Shown: positions 43,893 through 54,189, counted from the first letter of the stretch. The stretch: DNA of 64,000 bases from Candidatus Aenigmatarchaeota archaeon (GCA_032249395.1 JAVVFY010000002.1:1-64000), one strand, 5' to 3'. Notes: a model not told the origin generated them from the sequence alone. Made by a program: numbers and translations.

Positions 43893-46493
43893 TTAAACCA
43901 ATGCTGCAGTTCCTCCGGAATGCCATGATACTCTCGGTCTTATAACAACTGTGAAAACTTTCTCTAAGTTATCATCTAAAATCAGAGCTGCACCAGGCCA
44001 TCTTGGTAGAGAATTCAAGTAAGCTTCTAATTCTTCCTGCATATAGGTTTGCATAACGGCATGAAGTGCTTGAATATCATCTCTGGATGTAAGTCTAAAG
44101 GAAATTACAATATCTGTTTGACTTAAAATCTCCTGATGTATTTTATTAGGCATTTGTGTTATAACTACTAAACCTACTCCAGGTTCTCTACCTTGTTTTG
44201 CAATTATTTTTATTGGTTCACTACTAGCAACTTCTTTATCGCTTGGTATAAAGTTATGAGCCTCTTCTAAAATCAACCAAACTATTGGAAATGTGAATTT
44301 CGGTTTTTCTCCGGTTATTTTAAACTTTTCTTCTTCTTTTCTGGCTAAAACTCTTAATCTATAAATTTCTCTTGCTATTAATGCTACTAACAAATTTCTC
44401 AATTCTTCTGATCTCATTCTGGAAACATCTATAACAGTTATCTTTCCTGGCTCGGCTATTTCTTCTATTTTTGTTCCTTCCTTCACAATAAGTTTCCACT
44501 CGTTAGCAACAGATAACAAACTTACCAAAGCGTCTCTAACTTCTTTTTTCGTTTCTTCATCTTTTCTAATTTCTTCAATCAAGTCAGTCAAATCAAATTT
44601 CTCTTTTTCTCTTTGAAGTTTTGTAAAATTTTTTTCAAGAGCAACTCCTTCTTCACTTAATCTATCCAACCTGAAAGCCAATAATATTTCTTCTGGAGTT
44701 AATTCACTTAAACTCAAAGCAATAGTTCCATCAACTGGAACTCCAGCATTTTTATAGCTCTCTAGCTGACCAATAGGAACTAAAACTTTTAGATTTGTTA
44801 AACCTTTCGGCTCCAATTGCCATTCCTTCAATAAATTCTTTTGTTGTTCATTAGGATATTTCATACTCCAGTAAATTCCAACTGGATCGACAACAATAAA
44901 AGACATTTTGTTTCTGTATTCATCTGGCAAAAAAGAAAATTCTTCAAGAATTGCTCCTGCAGAGTATGAATTGTGTAAAATTACACCATTACCAACAAAA
45001 TTGTGCTCATCGTTTACGGTAATGTCAAATACTTTTGTTCTTTCATTAATTGTAGTCTTCTCAACAACTTTTACCCAAACGATGTCTGGAGAGGAAATTT
45101 TAAGTAGATATTCATCATTAAAATATTCTCCGATTTTTCTGATTGTCGATTTCAAAGGATTATACTTGTATTTTGTAGAAACACCTTTCCAATTCTTATA
45201 TCCCAGAGCTTTACCTATCTCTTTTTTCGAGTATTTTTCTTTTATGTATTTCCATATTGATTTTGGCAAATAATCGAAATTTGAATGATATTTTCTATTG
45301 TTGGCTAAAATCTCACTTATTAGTTTCTCTTTTCCTGGAAAACCTATATGAGTTATGAACTTTTTAATAGATTCTTTATCTGTAACAAAAAGAGTATAGT
45401 AAGTTTCTCCTTTAACCTTTTTCTCTCTTATGTATGAAAATATACCAAATCTGAGAAGCAAATAGAAAACTCCTTCTACCATTTTTCTGGATTTAGAAGC
45501 ATACTCCAAAACATAAACTTGTTTACCTCTACTTTTTTTCTTGTATAGCGAGCCATCTCCTATAAACAAACATCGAAGGAAAAGGGCAATTTTTTTGTTA
45601 GAAAGAGAAAAGATAAACGAAGGTATAAACTTTTCTCCAGCTTTTTTGTTTTTTAATCCAAGCGATTCTAACCAGTTTAGCAGACTATTTCTCTCAAATA
45701 TTAATCTAGATCCTTTAGAAAATTTACCATTTGGTAATCGTCTAACATTATTCTCTTTAAGTTTTAGTTTAGTACCAACAACACGATATGTCGATGGATT
45801 ACTCTTCATTCTCACTACTTTGAGACTTTTGTCAAACTTTTTCACACATTCTATAAAATCGTTAACAACTTCTTTGCTAGAATTTGTAAACCACACAAAT
45901 GTTTTCCCTATGGTTCCTTCTGATAATATGTATCCTAACAATTTTATCTTTTCATCTTCGATGTTATCAGTTCCTTCTACCGGAAAATAAGATGCAACAG
46001 CTATAACATCACCTTCTTTAATATCTTCAGCTCTTTTCCAACCAAAAGGAGTTAAGATCGGGTGTTCTTTTGTGACTTTTATCTCTATTCCATTCCAAAG
46101 TTTCATTTTTATTATGCTATCTACTTCTCTCTCAAAAAAATCGATAGCTTTAGAGGGCTTTATTTTAAAGTTGTCTTGATTTAGTGAAAGCACTCTAGAA
46201 ATTTCTCTTTTCTTAACTAATTCCTCGATAGGCAAAAGTCTTCCATCTCCAAGTTGCACTAGAGTATCTCCAGTTACACACTTTCCGCTACCCCTTTTTC
46301 CACAAATCAAAATAACGTGAATTTTCAAGAAATCTAGATAAACTTTTGTTGTTAAATGAGCATCTTCTCCTTTTCCAACAATGTGTTTACCAATATAACC
46401 AGCACCTATATTTCCAAACTTCTCCAAATCTTTTCTTTCTCTACCAACAACAGTTGGATAAGCTTTAACAATATCCTCATAAAATTCTTCCAT
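43893..46493 (-). CDS. HerA/FtsK-like (DUF87) ATPase, intein-containing
   Basis: GKRGSGK|intein|SY, VVDPVG, LEEAH.F, GREPG, TQ.P. Confidence 0.88.
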   Translation of the reverse strand: MEEFYEDIVKAYPTVVGRERKDLEKFGNIGAGYIGKHIVGKGEDAHLTTKVYLDFLKIHVILICGKRGSGKCVTGDTLVQLGDGRLLPIEELVKKREISRVLSLNQDNFKIKPSKAIDFFEREVDSIIKMKLWNGIEIKVTKEHPILTPFGWKRAEDIKEGDVIAVASYFPVEGTDNIEDEKIKLLGYILSEGTIGKTFVWFTNSSKEVVNDFIECVKKFDKSLKVVRMKSNPSTYRVVGTKLKLKENNVRRLPNGKFSKGSRLIFERNSLLNWLESLGLKNKKAGEKFIPSFIFSLSNKKIALFLRCLFIGDGSLYKKKSRGKQVYVLEYASKSRKMVEGVFYLLLRFGIFSYIREKKVKGETYYTLFVTDKESIKKFITHIGFPGKEKLISEILANNRKYHSNFDYLPKSIWKYIKEKYSKKEIGKALGYKNWKGVSTKYKYNPLKSTIRKIGEYFNDEYLLKISSPDIVWVKVVEKTTINERTKVFDITVNDEHNFVGNGVILHNSYSAGAILEEFSFLPDEYRNKMSFIVVDPVGIYWSMKYPNEQQKNLLKEWQLEPKGLTNLKVLVPIGQLESYKNAGVPVDGTIALSLSELTPEEILLAFRLDRLSEEGVALEKNFTKLQREKEKFDLTDLIEEIRKDEETKKEVRDALVSLLSVANEWKLIVKEGTKIEEIAEPGKITVIDVSRMRSEELRNLLVALIAREIYRLRVLARKEEEKFKITGEKPKFTFPIVWLILEEAHNFIPSDKEVASSEPIKIIAKQGREPGVGLVVITQMPNKIHQEILSQTDIVISFRLTSRDDIQALHAVMQTYMQEELEAYLNSLPRWPGAALILDDNLEKVFTVVIRPRVSWHSGGTAALV
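44970..46280 (-). mobile_element. intein with LAGLIDADG endonuclease (437 aa) in the ATPase P-loop
   Basis: starts CVTGDT, ends ILHN|S; LLGYILSEG and FLRCLFIGDG motifs. Confidence 0.93.
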
Positions 46494-46525
46494 AAAAATT
46501 ATTTCTCTGATAAATTATTATTGAT

Positions 46526-46612
46526 GGGGCCGTAGTCTAGCTTGGTCTAGGACGCCACCTTGGGGAATTATACAAAATGGTGGTAACCCGAGTTCAAATC
46601 TCGGCGGCCCCA
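46526..46612 (+). tRNA. tRNA-Pro(GGG) with 12-nt intron (46566-46577)
   Basis: CCACC-TT GGG G[aattatacaaaa]T-GGTGG. Confidence 0.88.
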
Positions 46613-46650
46613 AAATTGTTTTTTAATTATTCGAAACTATTAGTATTGAT

Positions 46651-47655
46651 ATGAAAATTGCTTTCTATGAGGTAAGAGAAGACGAAAAGGAGTATTTTAA
46701 AGATAAGTTGAAAAATTTTGAGCTATTATTCTTTTCCGATCCTATTAAAGAAGATAATGTTGTTTATGATGCTGATATCATATCTATTTTCGTAGATTCC
46801 AAAATAAACAAGAATTTATTAGATAAACTTAAGAACACCAAACTCATTTGCACGAGATCTACAGGTTATGATCACATAGACTTAGAAGAGTGTAAAAAAA
46901 GAGGAATAGTTGTATCAAATGTTCCCAGCTATGGTATTGAAACTGTTGCCGAACACACATTTGCTCTCATCTTGGCTGCGTCTAGAAGGCTAATCGAAAG
47001 TTTTGAAAGAACTAGAAAAGGAGAATTCTCAAACAAAAATTTGACTGGGTTTGAACTAAGGGGAAAAACAATTGGAATAATAGGAGCTGGGAAAATAGGA
47101 AGGAGGGTTGCGGAAATAGCAAAAGCTTTTGGAATGAGAGTTTTAGCATATGATATTTTCCAGAACATAGATGAGGCAAAAAGAATTGGATATGAGTATG
47201 TTCCGCTAGATACTTTATTGAAAGAATCAGACATAATAACACTTCATGCCAATTTAACAAAAGAAAATTATCACATGATAAACAAAGACGCTTTTGAAAA
47301 AATGAAAGATGGTGTAGTAATAGTTAACACTGCTAGGGGAGCAATAATAGATACTGAGGCTCTTATAAAATATTTGAAATCCGGAAAAGTTTCTTATGCG
47401 GCATTAGATGTTTTAGAGGCCGAGCCAGAAATAAAAGAAGAAATGCAAGTTTTTGAAAAAGAACAAGATATTATTCAAATAAAAAAATTACTTTTCAATC
47501 ACATTCTATTCGAAATGGAAGACAGATTAGAGAGAGTAATAATAACTCCGCATAATGCTTTCAACAGCAAAGAAGCGCTTGAAGAAATAAAGAGAACGAC
47601 AGTTGATAATATCATCTCATTCATAAATGGCAAACCCATTAATGTTGTGGTGTGA
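46651..47655 (+). CDS. D-isomer 2-hydroxyacid dehydrogenase (D-LDH-like)
   Basis: RSTGYDH, GAGKIG, NTARG, LDV.E.EP, TPHNAF. Confidence 0.92.
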   Translation: MKIAFYEVREDEKEYFKDKLKNFELLFFSDPIKEDNVVYDADIISIFVDSKINKNLLDKLKNTKLICTRSTGYDHIDLEECKKRGIVVSNVPSYGIETVAEHTFALILAASRRLIESFERTRKGEFSNKNLTGFELRGKTIGIIGAGKIGRRVAEIAKAFGMRVLAYDIFQNIDEAKRIGYEYVPLDTLLKESDIITLHANLTKENYHMINKDAFEKMKDGVVIVNTARGAIIDTEALIKYLKSGKVSYAALDVLEAEPEIKEEMQVFEKEQDIIQIKKLLFNHILFEMEDRLERVIITPHNAFNSKEALEEIKRTTVDNIISFINGKPINVVV

Positions 47656-47719
47656 TTCTTTAATAGATTAAATAGATTAAGCGGTCAAAAATGTTATTTT
47701 AAGCTGTTTAGATTATATT

Positions 47720-48292
47720 ATGGGCAACGAACTAGTAGAGAAAATTAGAAACATAGTTATAGATGTCTGCAAACAACTGGAAAGACTCGATGATTATAAT
47801 TATCATATATCTGTTGTAGAAAATCTTGCTGTAGATCTTGGAAAAAGATTTGGTGCAGACGAAGAAATACTGAGGATTGCGGCTTTATTACATGAGATAT
47901 GAAGAATTAAATTTGGTTCGGAGAGACATGAAGAAACAGGAGCAATAGAAGCTGAGAAGATTTTGAAAGAATTGAAGTTAGAAGAAAAGACGATAGAAAA
48001 GATTATAGAGTGTATAAAAGAGCATAGACATGAAAAACCAACAATTCCTGTTTCTTTAGAAGCCAAAATCTTGAAGATTGCAGATGCATACTCACATTTC
48101 AAAAAACCTTTGGAGATTGCTTATATGGCAGTTAAGATGGGTTTTGGATTAGAGGAAAGCTTATTGTGGATGAAGAATAAACTAGAAAAAGACTTGAAGT
48201 TTTTGAAGGAGATGAGCAACGAATTAGATATAAAAGATGTTATAGAAGAATGTGAGAAGAAATATGAATGCTTCTCATGCTTATTAAGTTAG
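47720..48292 (+). pseudogene. HD-domain protein with in-frame TGA
   Basis: AALLHEI*R where LLHDIG is expected; frame continues to HEE.GA and EAKILKIADA. Confidence 0.85.
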
Positions 48293-48382
48293 TTTCTTAT
48301 GAATTTCTATAGAGGGGACGTAGTCTAACTTGGCTAGGACGCCGGCCTTGGGCGCCGGGAATCTGGGTTCAAATCCCAGCGT
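48177..48382 (+). repeat. 206-bp exact direct repeat, copy 1
   Basis: identical to 50470-50675; HD 3' end plus most of tRNA-Pro. Confidence 0.95.
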
Positions 48383-48387
48383 CCCCA
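48314..48387 (+). tRNA. tRNA-Pro(TGG)
   Basis: CCGGC-CT TGG GC-GCCGG arm; GGGGACG/CGTCCCC acceptor. Confidence 0.95.
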
Positions 48388-48434
48388 TTTCACAATTGAT
48401 AAATATTTATAAAGTAAGGAAAACCGTAAAACAC

Positions 48435-49058
48435 ATGAAAGAAGATTCTATAAAAAAGTCGATGACAAAAGTTGTCCTTTATATTGTTCTAACAATAATT
48501 GTATTGGCTGTAGTTAAATGGGTTTTTAATGATGGTGTAAAAATTATAGCTAACTTGACACATTATAACGGGATTTATGGCCTAAAAGATTATGAGCTCT
48601 ATACAAACTTGCTAGTAATTATTGTATTTGGTTGGATGATAATTAACTCACTGGCTTCTAAATTTTAACTAATTTTTAATGAGAAATATGGTGAATATAC
48701 GGCAGCTGCAATAAGAAGCCTTGTAAGAATTTTAGGAGTTGGTGGATTAATAGCTGGAATTGCAGGTTTAGTTGGTGGTGGAGTCGCCGCTGTTGCACTA
48801 GGTGGTTTTATAGGAATGGTAATAGGTTTTGCTACTCAACAAGTTTTGGGTCAAGCAATAGCTGGTTTGTTTATAATGATTACAAGACCATTTAAAATTA
48901 ATGACGTCGTAGATGTGGCTGGAGAAAGTGAAGTTGTGGTCAAGGATATAACATCATTGTTTACTGTAGTAGAGAGAAAATATGGATTGATAGATTTAGT
49001 ACCAAGTTCTATGATTATTAGTCAAAAAATTGTATTCAGAAATACATCTGGTAAATAA
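48435..49058 (+). pseudogene. mscS: MscS small mechanosensitive channel with in-frame TAA
   Basis: TAA at 48666-48668; frame continues to IGFATQQVLGQAIAG...RPFKIND. Confidence 0.85.
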
Positions 49059-49072
49059 AAAATACAATGATA

Positions 49073-49861
49073 TTACTCGTATTTTTTAAAAACAACTTCT
49101 TTACCATTTTCTATTAATCTGGCCTCTATTTCCACCATATCATCTATACCAGAGGTTTTTATTTTACTTTTTAGCAACTCATCAACCTGAAATATCCCTG
49201 CAGGATTTGACATTACTATAACTATCTTTATTGGTTTTTTATTTCCCTCTAGAATCTCTACCTTTTCTATTGCTAAGGCAGATACAGAGTGTATGTCGAT
49301 TTTCCCTAATTTGAATGGTATTCTTGCTCTACCCTTTTCCATATCTAAAGCATCTGCAATTTTAACTATTCCAGCTTCAATAGTAAATGGTTCTATATCT
49401 GCTTCATGAGAAAAAATAGCATGTAAAACTTCAAACTTTATTATATCTTTTTTTTCATCATCGTAAACTCCAGAAAGAAGCTCATCTAATATCTTATCTG
49501 CAATAACTATAGAAAAGAATGGATGATATTTCCTATGAACAACATGACCAATATCATGCAACAATGAAGCTAAAGTTACGACGACTTCTGCGTCATCTAT
49601 TCCCATATTATAGTTCTTAACAATGCTTGGAGTTATTCCCTTTTTTACCAATATTCTAAGTATTGTTAACGCATGATTGGCAACTATCTTCACATGGACT
49701 GGTCCATGATCATTATAACCAAGTCTATCTATTGCGTTTATATTAGAAGATTTAAGTAGAGTCAATAATCTTGTATTTTTGTTTATATTAGAAACTAGCT
49801 TAAGCAATTTTTCATTTCCATTATATGTAACCCCAAAAAAATTCCCAGATTTGTTTTCCAT
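49073..49861 (-). CDS. HD-superfamily phosphohydrolase
   Basis: NDHG..H, LLHDIGH, ADALDM..GRAR. Confidence 0.9.
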   Translation of the reverse strand: MENKSGNFFGVTYNGNEKLLKLVSNINKNTRLLTLLKSSNINAIDRLGYNDHGPVHVKIVANHALTILRILVKKGITPSIVKNYNMGIDDAEVVVTLASLLHDIGHVVHRKYHPFFSIVIADKILDELLSGVYDDEKKDIIKFEVLHAIFSHEADIEPFTIEAGIVKIADALDMEKGRARIPFKLGKIDIHSVSALAIEKVEILEGNKKPIKIVIVMSNPAGIFQVDELLKSKIKTSGIDDMVEIEARLIENGKEVVFKKYE

Positions 49862-49921
49862 TTTCCATCACCTCTTTTAAGAGTTTATTTTAAGCTGAAA
49901 ATTTAAATATTTTAAAAGTTC

Positions 49922-50467
49922 TTAGCTGCTGGAATAGTAATATATCCTTAATATGTTGTTGCTGAACAAAACATTACCTTCACTTATTAGAGAGACTGAA
50001 ACATTGTTATTTGGATATAATAAAAGTGGATTACCTGCTAAGTCTCTGGTTATGTTAATGTGAAAAGTTCTAAACATAGGTTTACCAATGAACACTATTT
50101 GGTTGTTAAACTTGATCCGGATTGATGGAAGTTGTTGAGAATCCGACACTAAGATAGAAGAAAATCCTAATGCATAGAAATTATCGATCTCCCATCTAGA
50201 AAGCGGAACCTCAAATATATATGGATAGGACTTATACTTAACTTTAACTTCTGCTCTCACTACATGGTATGACGTTTTAAATAAAATTCCAAAACCCTCA
50301 TTCTCTGCCTCAAGTCTAACAAAGTTAATTTCTTTTAAATAGCTCAAATTCAAAGATATTTCCTCAAAGTATCCGCCACTTTCAATCTTATTTCTATAAA
50401 TAACATTGCCGTTAAGTTTGACCACAAAATATCCAGGTCCGCCTACTTCATCTAAAATTAAATTCAA
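49922..50467 (-). pseudogene. 5'-truncated paralogue of the 52298-53398 surface protein
   Basis: FEVPLS..EIDNFYAL.FSS shared; N-terminal half ends at the repeat boundary 50470. Confidence 0.75.
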
Positions 50468-50469
50468 TT

Positions 50470-50675
50470 ATAAACTAGAAAAAGACTTGAAGTTTTTGAA
50501 GGAGATGAGCAACGAATTAGATATAAAAGATGTTATAGAAGAATGTGAGAAGAAATATGAATGCTTCTCATGCTTATTAAGTTAGTTTCTTATGAATTTC
50601 TATAGAGGGGACGTAGTCTAACTTGGCTAGGACGCCGGCCTTGGGCGCCGGGAATCTGGGTTCAAATCCCAGCGT
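50470..50675 (+). repeat. 206-bp exact direct repeat, copy 2
   Basis: identical to 48177-48382. Confidence 0.95.
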
Positions 50676-50680
50676 TTCCA
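50607..50680 (+). tRNA. tRNA-Pro(TGG) duplicate with altered acceptor stem
   Basis: same as 48314 except 3' CGTTTCCA instead of CGTCCCCA (two G:U pairs). Confidence 0.75.
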
Positions 50681-50716
50681 CTTGAATTAATTAAGTTTAA
50701 TATTCAGAATATCTAT

Positions 50717-51595
50717 ATGGATACGCTAGTAATTAGTGGTATAAACTCTATAAATCTTGCAAAAAGGATTGGAAGAAGAATAAAAGCGAAATTTATAAGT
50801 TTAGAATATAAGAAGTTTCCAGATGGTGAACTATACCTTAGATTGAAAAGCAAAATAAATAAAGGAAACGTAATTTTAGTGGAAACTCTTTACCCTCAAA
50901 ACGATTCTATAATAGAGCTTCTTTTTTTGCTTGATCTAATTAACGAGTTTAAACCAAAGAGTGTTACTCTTGTTTTACCATATTTCGCATACGCCAGACA
51001 ACACAAAAGATACAGAAATTTTGAAGCAATTTCTGCAAAAACTCTTGCTAAACTAATCCAGAGCTTTGGAATCAATAAAATAATAGCAGTTAATCTACAT
51101 TCCGAAGAAGTAATAAAATTTTTTGATATACCTGTTGTAAATTTAGCTGCAGAGAAATTAATAGCTGAATATTTCTTAAGTAAAAACCTAAAAAATCCTT
51201 TTGTTTTAATTCCAGACCAAGAGAGAGAAGAAATGGCAAAGAACGCAGCAGAAATTTTAAAATGCGAATATTCTTTTCTAAAAAAATATAGAAGCAGAGT
51301 TACTGGAGAAATAAAAACTGAAATTTTTAAAGATTTTGATTTGAAAGGCAAAGATGTCATTATTCTAGATGACATAATAAGCAGTGGAAAAACAATGTTA
51401 AATGCAATTAAGATAGTTAAAAAGAAAAAAGCTAGGAAAATATTTGTTTCATGTGTTCATTACATCCCTTCGAGTATATACAAGAAATTTTTAAAACTCG
51501 GCGTTAAAGAAGTTGTAGCTACAAACACAATTCCTTCGGAAATAAGCAAAATAGATATCTCTCCATTAATTTCAAAAGAGATTGAAAATTTATAA
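50717..51595 (+). CDS. prs: ribose-phosphate pyrophosphokinase
   Basis: FPDGE, PYFAYARQ, LH, ILDDIISSGKT. Confidence 0.94.
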   Translation: MDTLVISGINSINLAKRIGRRIKAKFISLEYKKFPDGELYLRLKSKINKGNVILVETLYPQNDSIIELLFLLDLINEFKPKSVTLVLPYFAYARQHKRYRNFEAISAKTLAKLIQSFGINKIIAVNLHSEEVIKFFDIPVVNLAAEKLIAEYFLSKNLKNPFVLIPDQEREEMAKNAAEILKCEYSFLKKYRSRVTGEIKTEIFKDFDLKGKDVIILDDIISSGKTMLNAIKIVKKKKARKIFVSCVHYIPSSIYKKFLKLGVKEVVATNTIPSEISKIDISPLISKEIENL

Positions 51596-51618
51596 AATAG
51601 AAGAATTAAATTAGAGTA

Positions 51619-52296
51619 ATGGAAATAGTTAAAGAAATTATAGAAAATCCAACGAAAATTGCAAACTACATTGAACATACTAACGTTAAAGTTGAATCCA
51701 CAAAGAAAGATATTGAAAATTTGTGTAAAGAGGTTTTAAAGTATAATTTTTATGGTGCTGTTGTTCTTCCTTACCATGTAAAGCTAGCAAGAAAAATTTT
51801 GAAGAATAAAGCTAAAGTTATAACTGTTATTGGATTTCCCTACGGTATACAAAGCACAAGAGCTAAGGTTGCCGAAGTAGAAGATGTTTTTGAATATGTA
51901 GATGAGTTTGATATGGTATTTAATAGAAACGCATTTCTCAACAAAGATTATAAATTAGTTGTAAAGGATATTAAATCTGTAGTAAATGCAGCAAAACCAA
52001 AAGTAGTAAAAGTAATAATAGAAACTCCATCTCTAACAAAAGAGCAAATAAAAATTGCTTCTAAGCTTGTGATTAGAGGTAATGCTCACTTTGTTAAAAC
52101 TGCAGTAGGATATAGCGGAGCAGCTAAAGTCGAAGACGTTAAAATCATAAAAAGAGTAGTGGGTGACAAAATAAAAATTAAAGCGTCTGGGGGGATAAAG
52201 GATTTTAATCAGGCACTAGAAATGATAAAAGCTGGTGCCGATAGAATAGGAAGTTCTCACGGAGTTGATATTATAAAAACTTCACAAAAGATCTAA
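51619..52296 (+). CDS. deoC: deoxyribose-phosphate aldolase
   Basis: VIGFPYG, KVIIET, FVKT..G, KASGGI, GADRIG.S. Confidence 0.94.
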   Translation: MEIVKEIIENPTKIANYIEHTNVKVESTKKDIENLCKEVLKYNFYGAVVLPYHVKLARKILKNKAKVITVIGFPYGIQSTRAKVAEVEDVFEYVDEFDMVFNRNAFLNKDYKLVVKDIKSVVNAAKPKVVKVIIETPSLTKEQIKIASKLVIRGNAHFVKTAVGYSGAAKVEDVKIIKRVVGDKIKIKASGGIKDFNQALEMIKAGADRIGSSHGVDIIKTSQKI

Positions 52297-52297
52297 G

Positions 52298-53398
52298 TTA
52301 AGTGGAATATGAGTATATTTTAACTATATTGTTGCTAAAATAGATTTCTCCTTCTGTAAGCAAAGAAATTGAAACTTTGTTTGAAGGAGATAATAAAAGA
52401 TTGTTACCCATTAAATCTTTAGTTATATTCAATCTAAAAGCAGTAATTGGAAGTTTTCCTATAAACACTTTTTGATTATTGACTTTGATTTCAACTGAGG
52501 GATAACCTTGTTGTACCAATGTAGAAGAAAACTCCAAAGCATAGAAATTATCTATTTCGCTTTGAGACAAAGGAACTTCAAAGGAAAAAGGCATAGATTT
52601 ATACTTAACTATAACTCTAGCATCAAAAATATTGTAAGATGTTTTAGATAAAACTCTGAATCCTTCATTTTTTACTTCAATATTTATAAAATTCATTTCT
52701 TTTATCTCGCTCACATTTATAGGTATCTCTTCAAATCCTTGAGTAGCTTTTTTCATAAATATAACATTTCCATTGAATTTGACTACTAAAAGACCGGAAC
52801 CTTTAACATCTGCTATGGCTATTTTAATTTTAGCTTCCTCGATCTCCATTCTTTCTGGCTTTAAAATAAGCGTTGCCGACTTCGAGGAGAATAAGGACCT
52901 TTCAACTATAAAATCAGACTTACTATCTACTATTTTCTCATTTCCAAAATTAGAAACTTTAAAATCTTCTATAGAAAATGAGCGAGAGGTTAAAGTTAAA
53001 GTTGGTGCAACGTATACTTTAACATAAATTGCGTCTTCTCCACCTTTACCTCTAGCTATTATATAACCTGAATACGTACCATAACCAGTTGGAGAATTTA
53101 GAATTGCTTTTATTTCTTTTTCTCCTATAACATTAAAGTTGTTCTCGCTAAACGAGATTATTTGTGAAAGAGTTTCGTTAGCGATCAGATTTACGTTTGT
53201 CAGGTTTCCTATGACTTTAAACGTTATTGTTTTTTGAGAGTTTGGTAGCATTCTTATTGAAATGCTTCTTGGTTCCAAAGAAGGAGGCAATTCTTGAGGA
53301 GTCGCCCAAAAAATAAGCATAATTCCTATGAAGACTAACGCACCTAATAAAATGAAGACAAACTCATCTATTATCATTTGTTTTGCCTGAGATTTCAT
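52298..53398 (-). CDS. membrane-anchored beta-rich surface protein
   Basis: MKSQA + hydrophobic N-terminal segment (class III signal-like), beta-strand-rich body. Confidence 0.65.
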   Translation of the reverse strand: MKSQAKQMIIDEFVFILLGALVFIGIMLIFWATPQELPPSLEPRSISIRMLPNSQKTITFKVIGNLTNVNLIANETLSQIISFSENNFNVIGEKEIKAILNSPTGYGTYSGYIIARGKGGEDAIYVKVYVAPTLTLTSRSFSIEDFKVSNFGNEKIVDSKSDFIVERSLFSSKSATLILKPERMEIEEAKIKIAIADVKGSGLLVVKFNGNVIFMKKATQGFEEIPINVSEIKEMNFINIEVKNEGFRVLSKTSYNIFDARVIVKYKSMPFSFEVPLSQSEIDNFYALEFSSTLVQQGYPSVEIKVNNQKVFIGKLPITAFRLNITKDLMGNNLLLSPSNKVSISLLTEGEIYFSNNIVKIYSYST

Positions 53399-53431
53399 AA
53401 ATTATGTTGAAAATAAGAAATAAAAATGAAA

Positions 53432-53620
53432 TTAGCCATTAATCTTCTTCAATCTAGTTATATAACCGGCAACAACGTTTCTAAGTTTTTTGGAAGGAAT
53501 GTCTACATATTTTTTAACAATTTCCTTATTTTTCTCAAAATCTGTAGTAAACTCATCCTTATGTTCTCTATAGAGTTTCTCTCCAATGTTCTTTATCATT
53601 GTTGTTTTTATCCTTCCCAC
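53432..53620 (-). CDS. rps17e: ribosomal protein eS17
   Basis: MGRIKT..IK, F..DF..NK, SKKLRN..AGYIT. Confidence 0.96.
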   Translation of the reverse strand: MGRIKTTMIKNIGEKLYREHKDEFTTDFEKNKEIVKKYVDIPSKKLRNVVAGYITRLKKING

Positions 53621-53628
53621 TATATCAC

Positions 53629-54189
53629 CTATGGTTTCAATCTTTTTATTTCATAATATGTGACATCATTTTCCTTATCTACTACAGCCCAAACAAAAGT
53701 AGCCCTTATGTTATGAGCTAATCTTACTGCTCTTGACATTTCTGGTAAAGAGAATGCTGCTTCTTCTGGAACAGCATGAACAATAAACTTAGTATGCTCA
53801 AAAGGCGCCTTAGGTCCTCTTTTTATCTTTACCCCTTTCTCATAAACTCTGAAATGGGCACCAAATTTATAGCCAGTTTTAACCAAATATCCTTTATTTC
53901 TTAAATCTGAGTAGACAACATACTGAGCATGGAACTGATTTAATCTACTTTCTCCTACTTTCATCATCTCTCTCAAATCTAGCATTCTTTTTTTATTGTT
54001 TTCCGTTACATAAATTTTTAACTTTCCTTTCTCGAGCAAATAAGTAGCTTCTATTAAATCTAACTCCAATCTTTCTGGAGCTTCTAGCGGCATTGGTTTT
54101 CCATAGCCGTGCTCATAGTATAAATTCGCCGCTTCCTTATCCCATATTATGACTCTTTCTTCTATCAATTCTCCTTCGAAAGCTTTCAT
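53629..54189 (-). CDS. endA: tRNA splicing endonuclease
   Basis: L.L.EA.YL, VY.DLR..GY.VKTG.KFG.HFRVY, EH; ORF-track start overlaps the tRNA, so MKAFEG start used. Confidence 0.93.
   Translation of the reverse strand: MKAFEGELIEERVIIWDKEAANLYYEHGYGKPMPLEAPERLELDLIEATYLLEKGKLKIYVTENNKKRMLDLREMMKVGESRLNQFHAQYVVYSDLRNKGYLVKTGYKFGAHFRVYEKGVKIKRGPKAPFEHTKFIVHAVPEEAAFSLPEMSRAVRLAHNIRATFVWAVVDKENDVTYYEIKRLKP

Noticed and set aside
47900..47902. TGA at a conserved Gly, suggesting stop-codon reassignment (also TAG 21010)
   Set aside because: TGA and TAG end many intact genes here, and the in-frame stops are of all three types, so nonsense mutation is simpler.
53385..53412. dif-like site (ttatgttgaaa arm)
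   Set aside because: No matching inverted left arm at 6-bp spacing; it overlaps a start codon.
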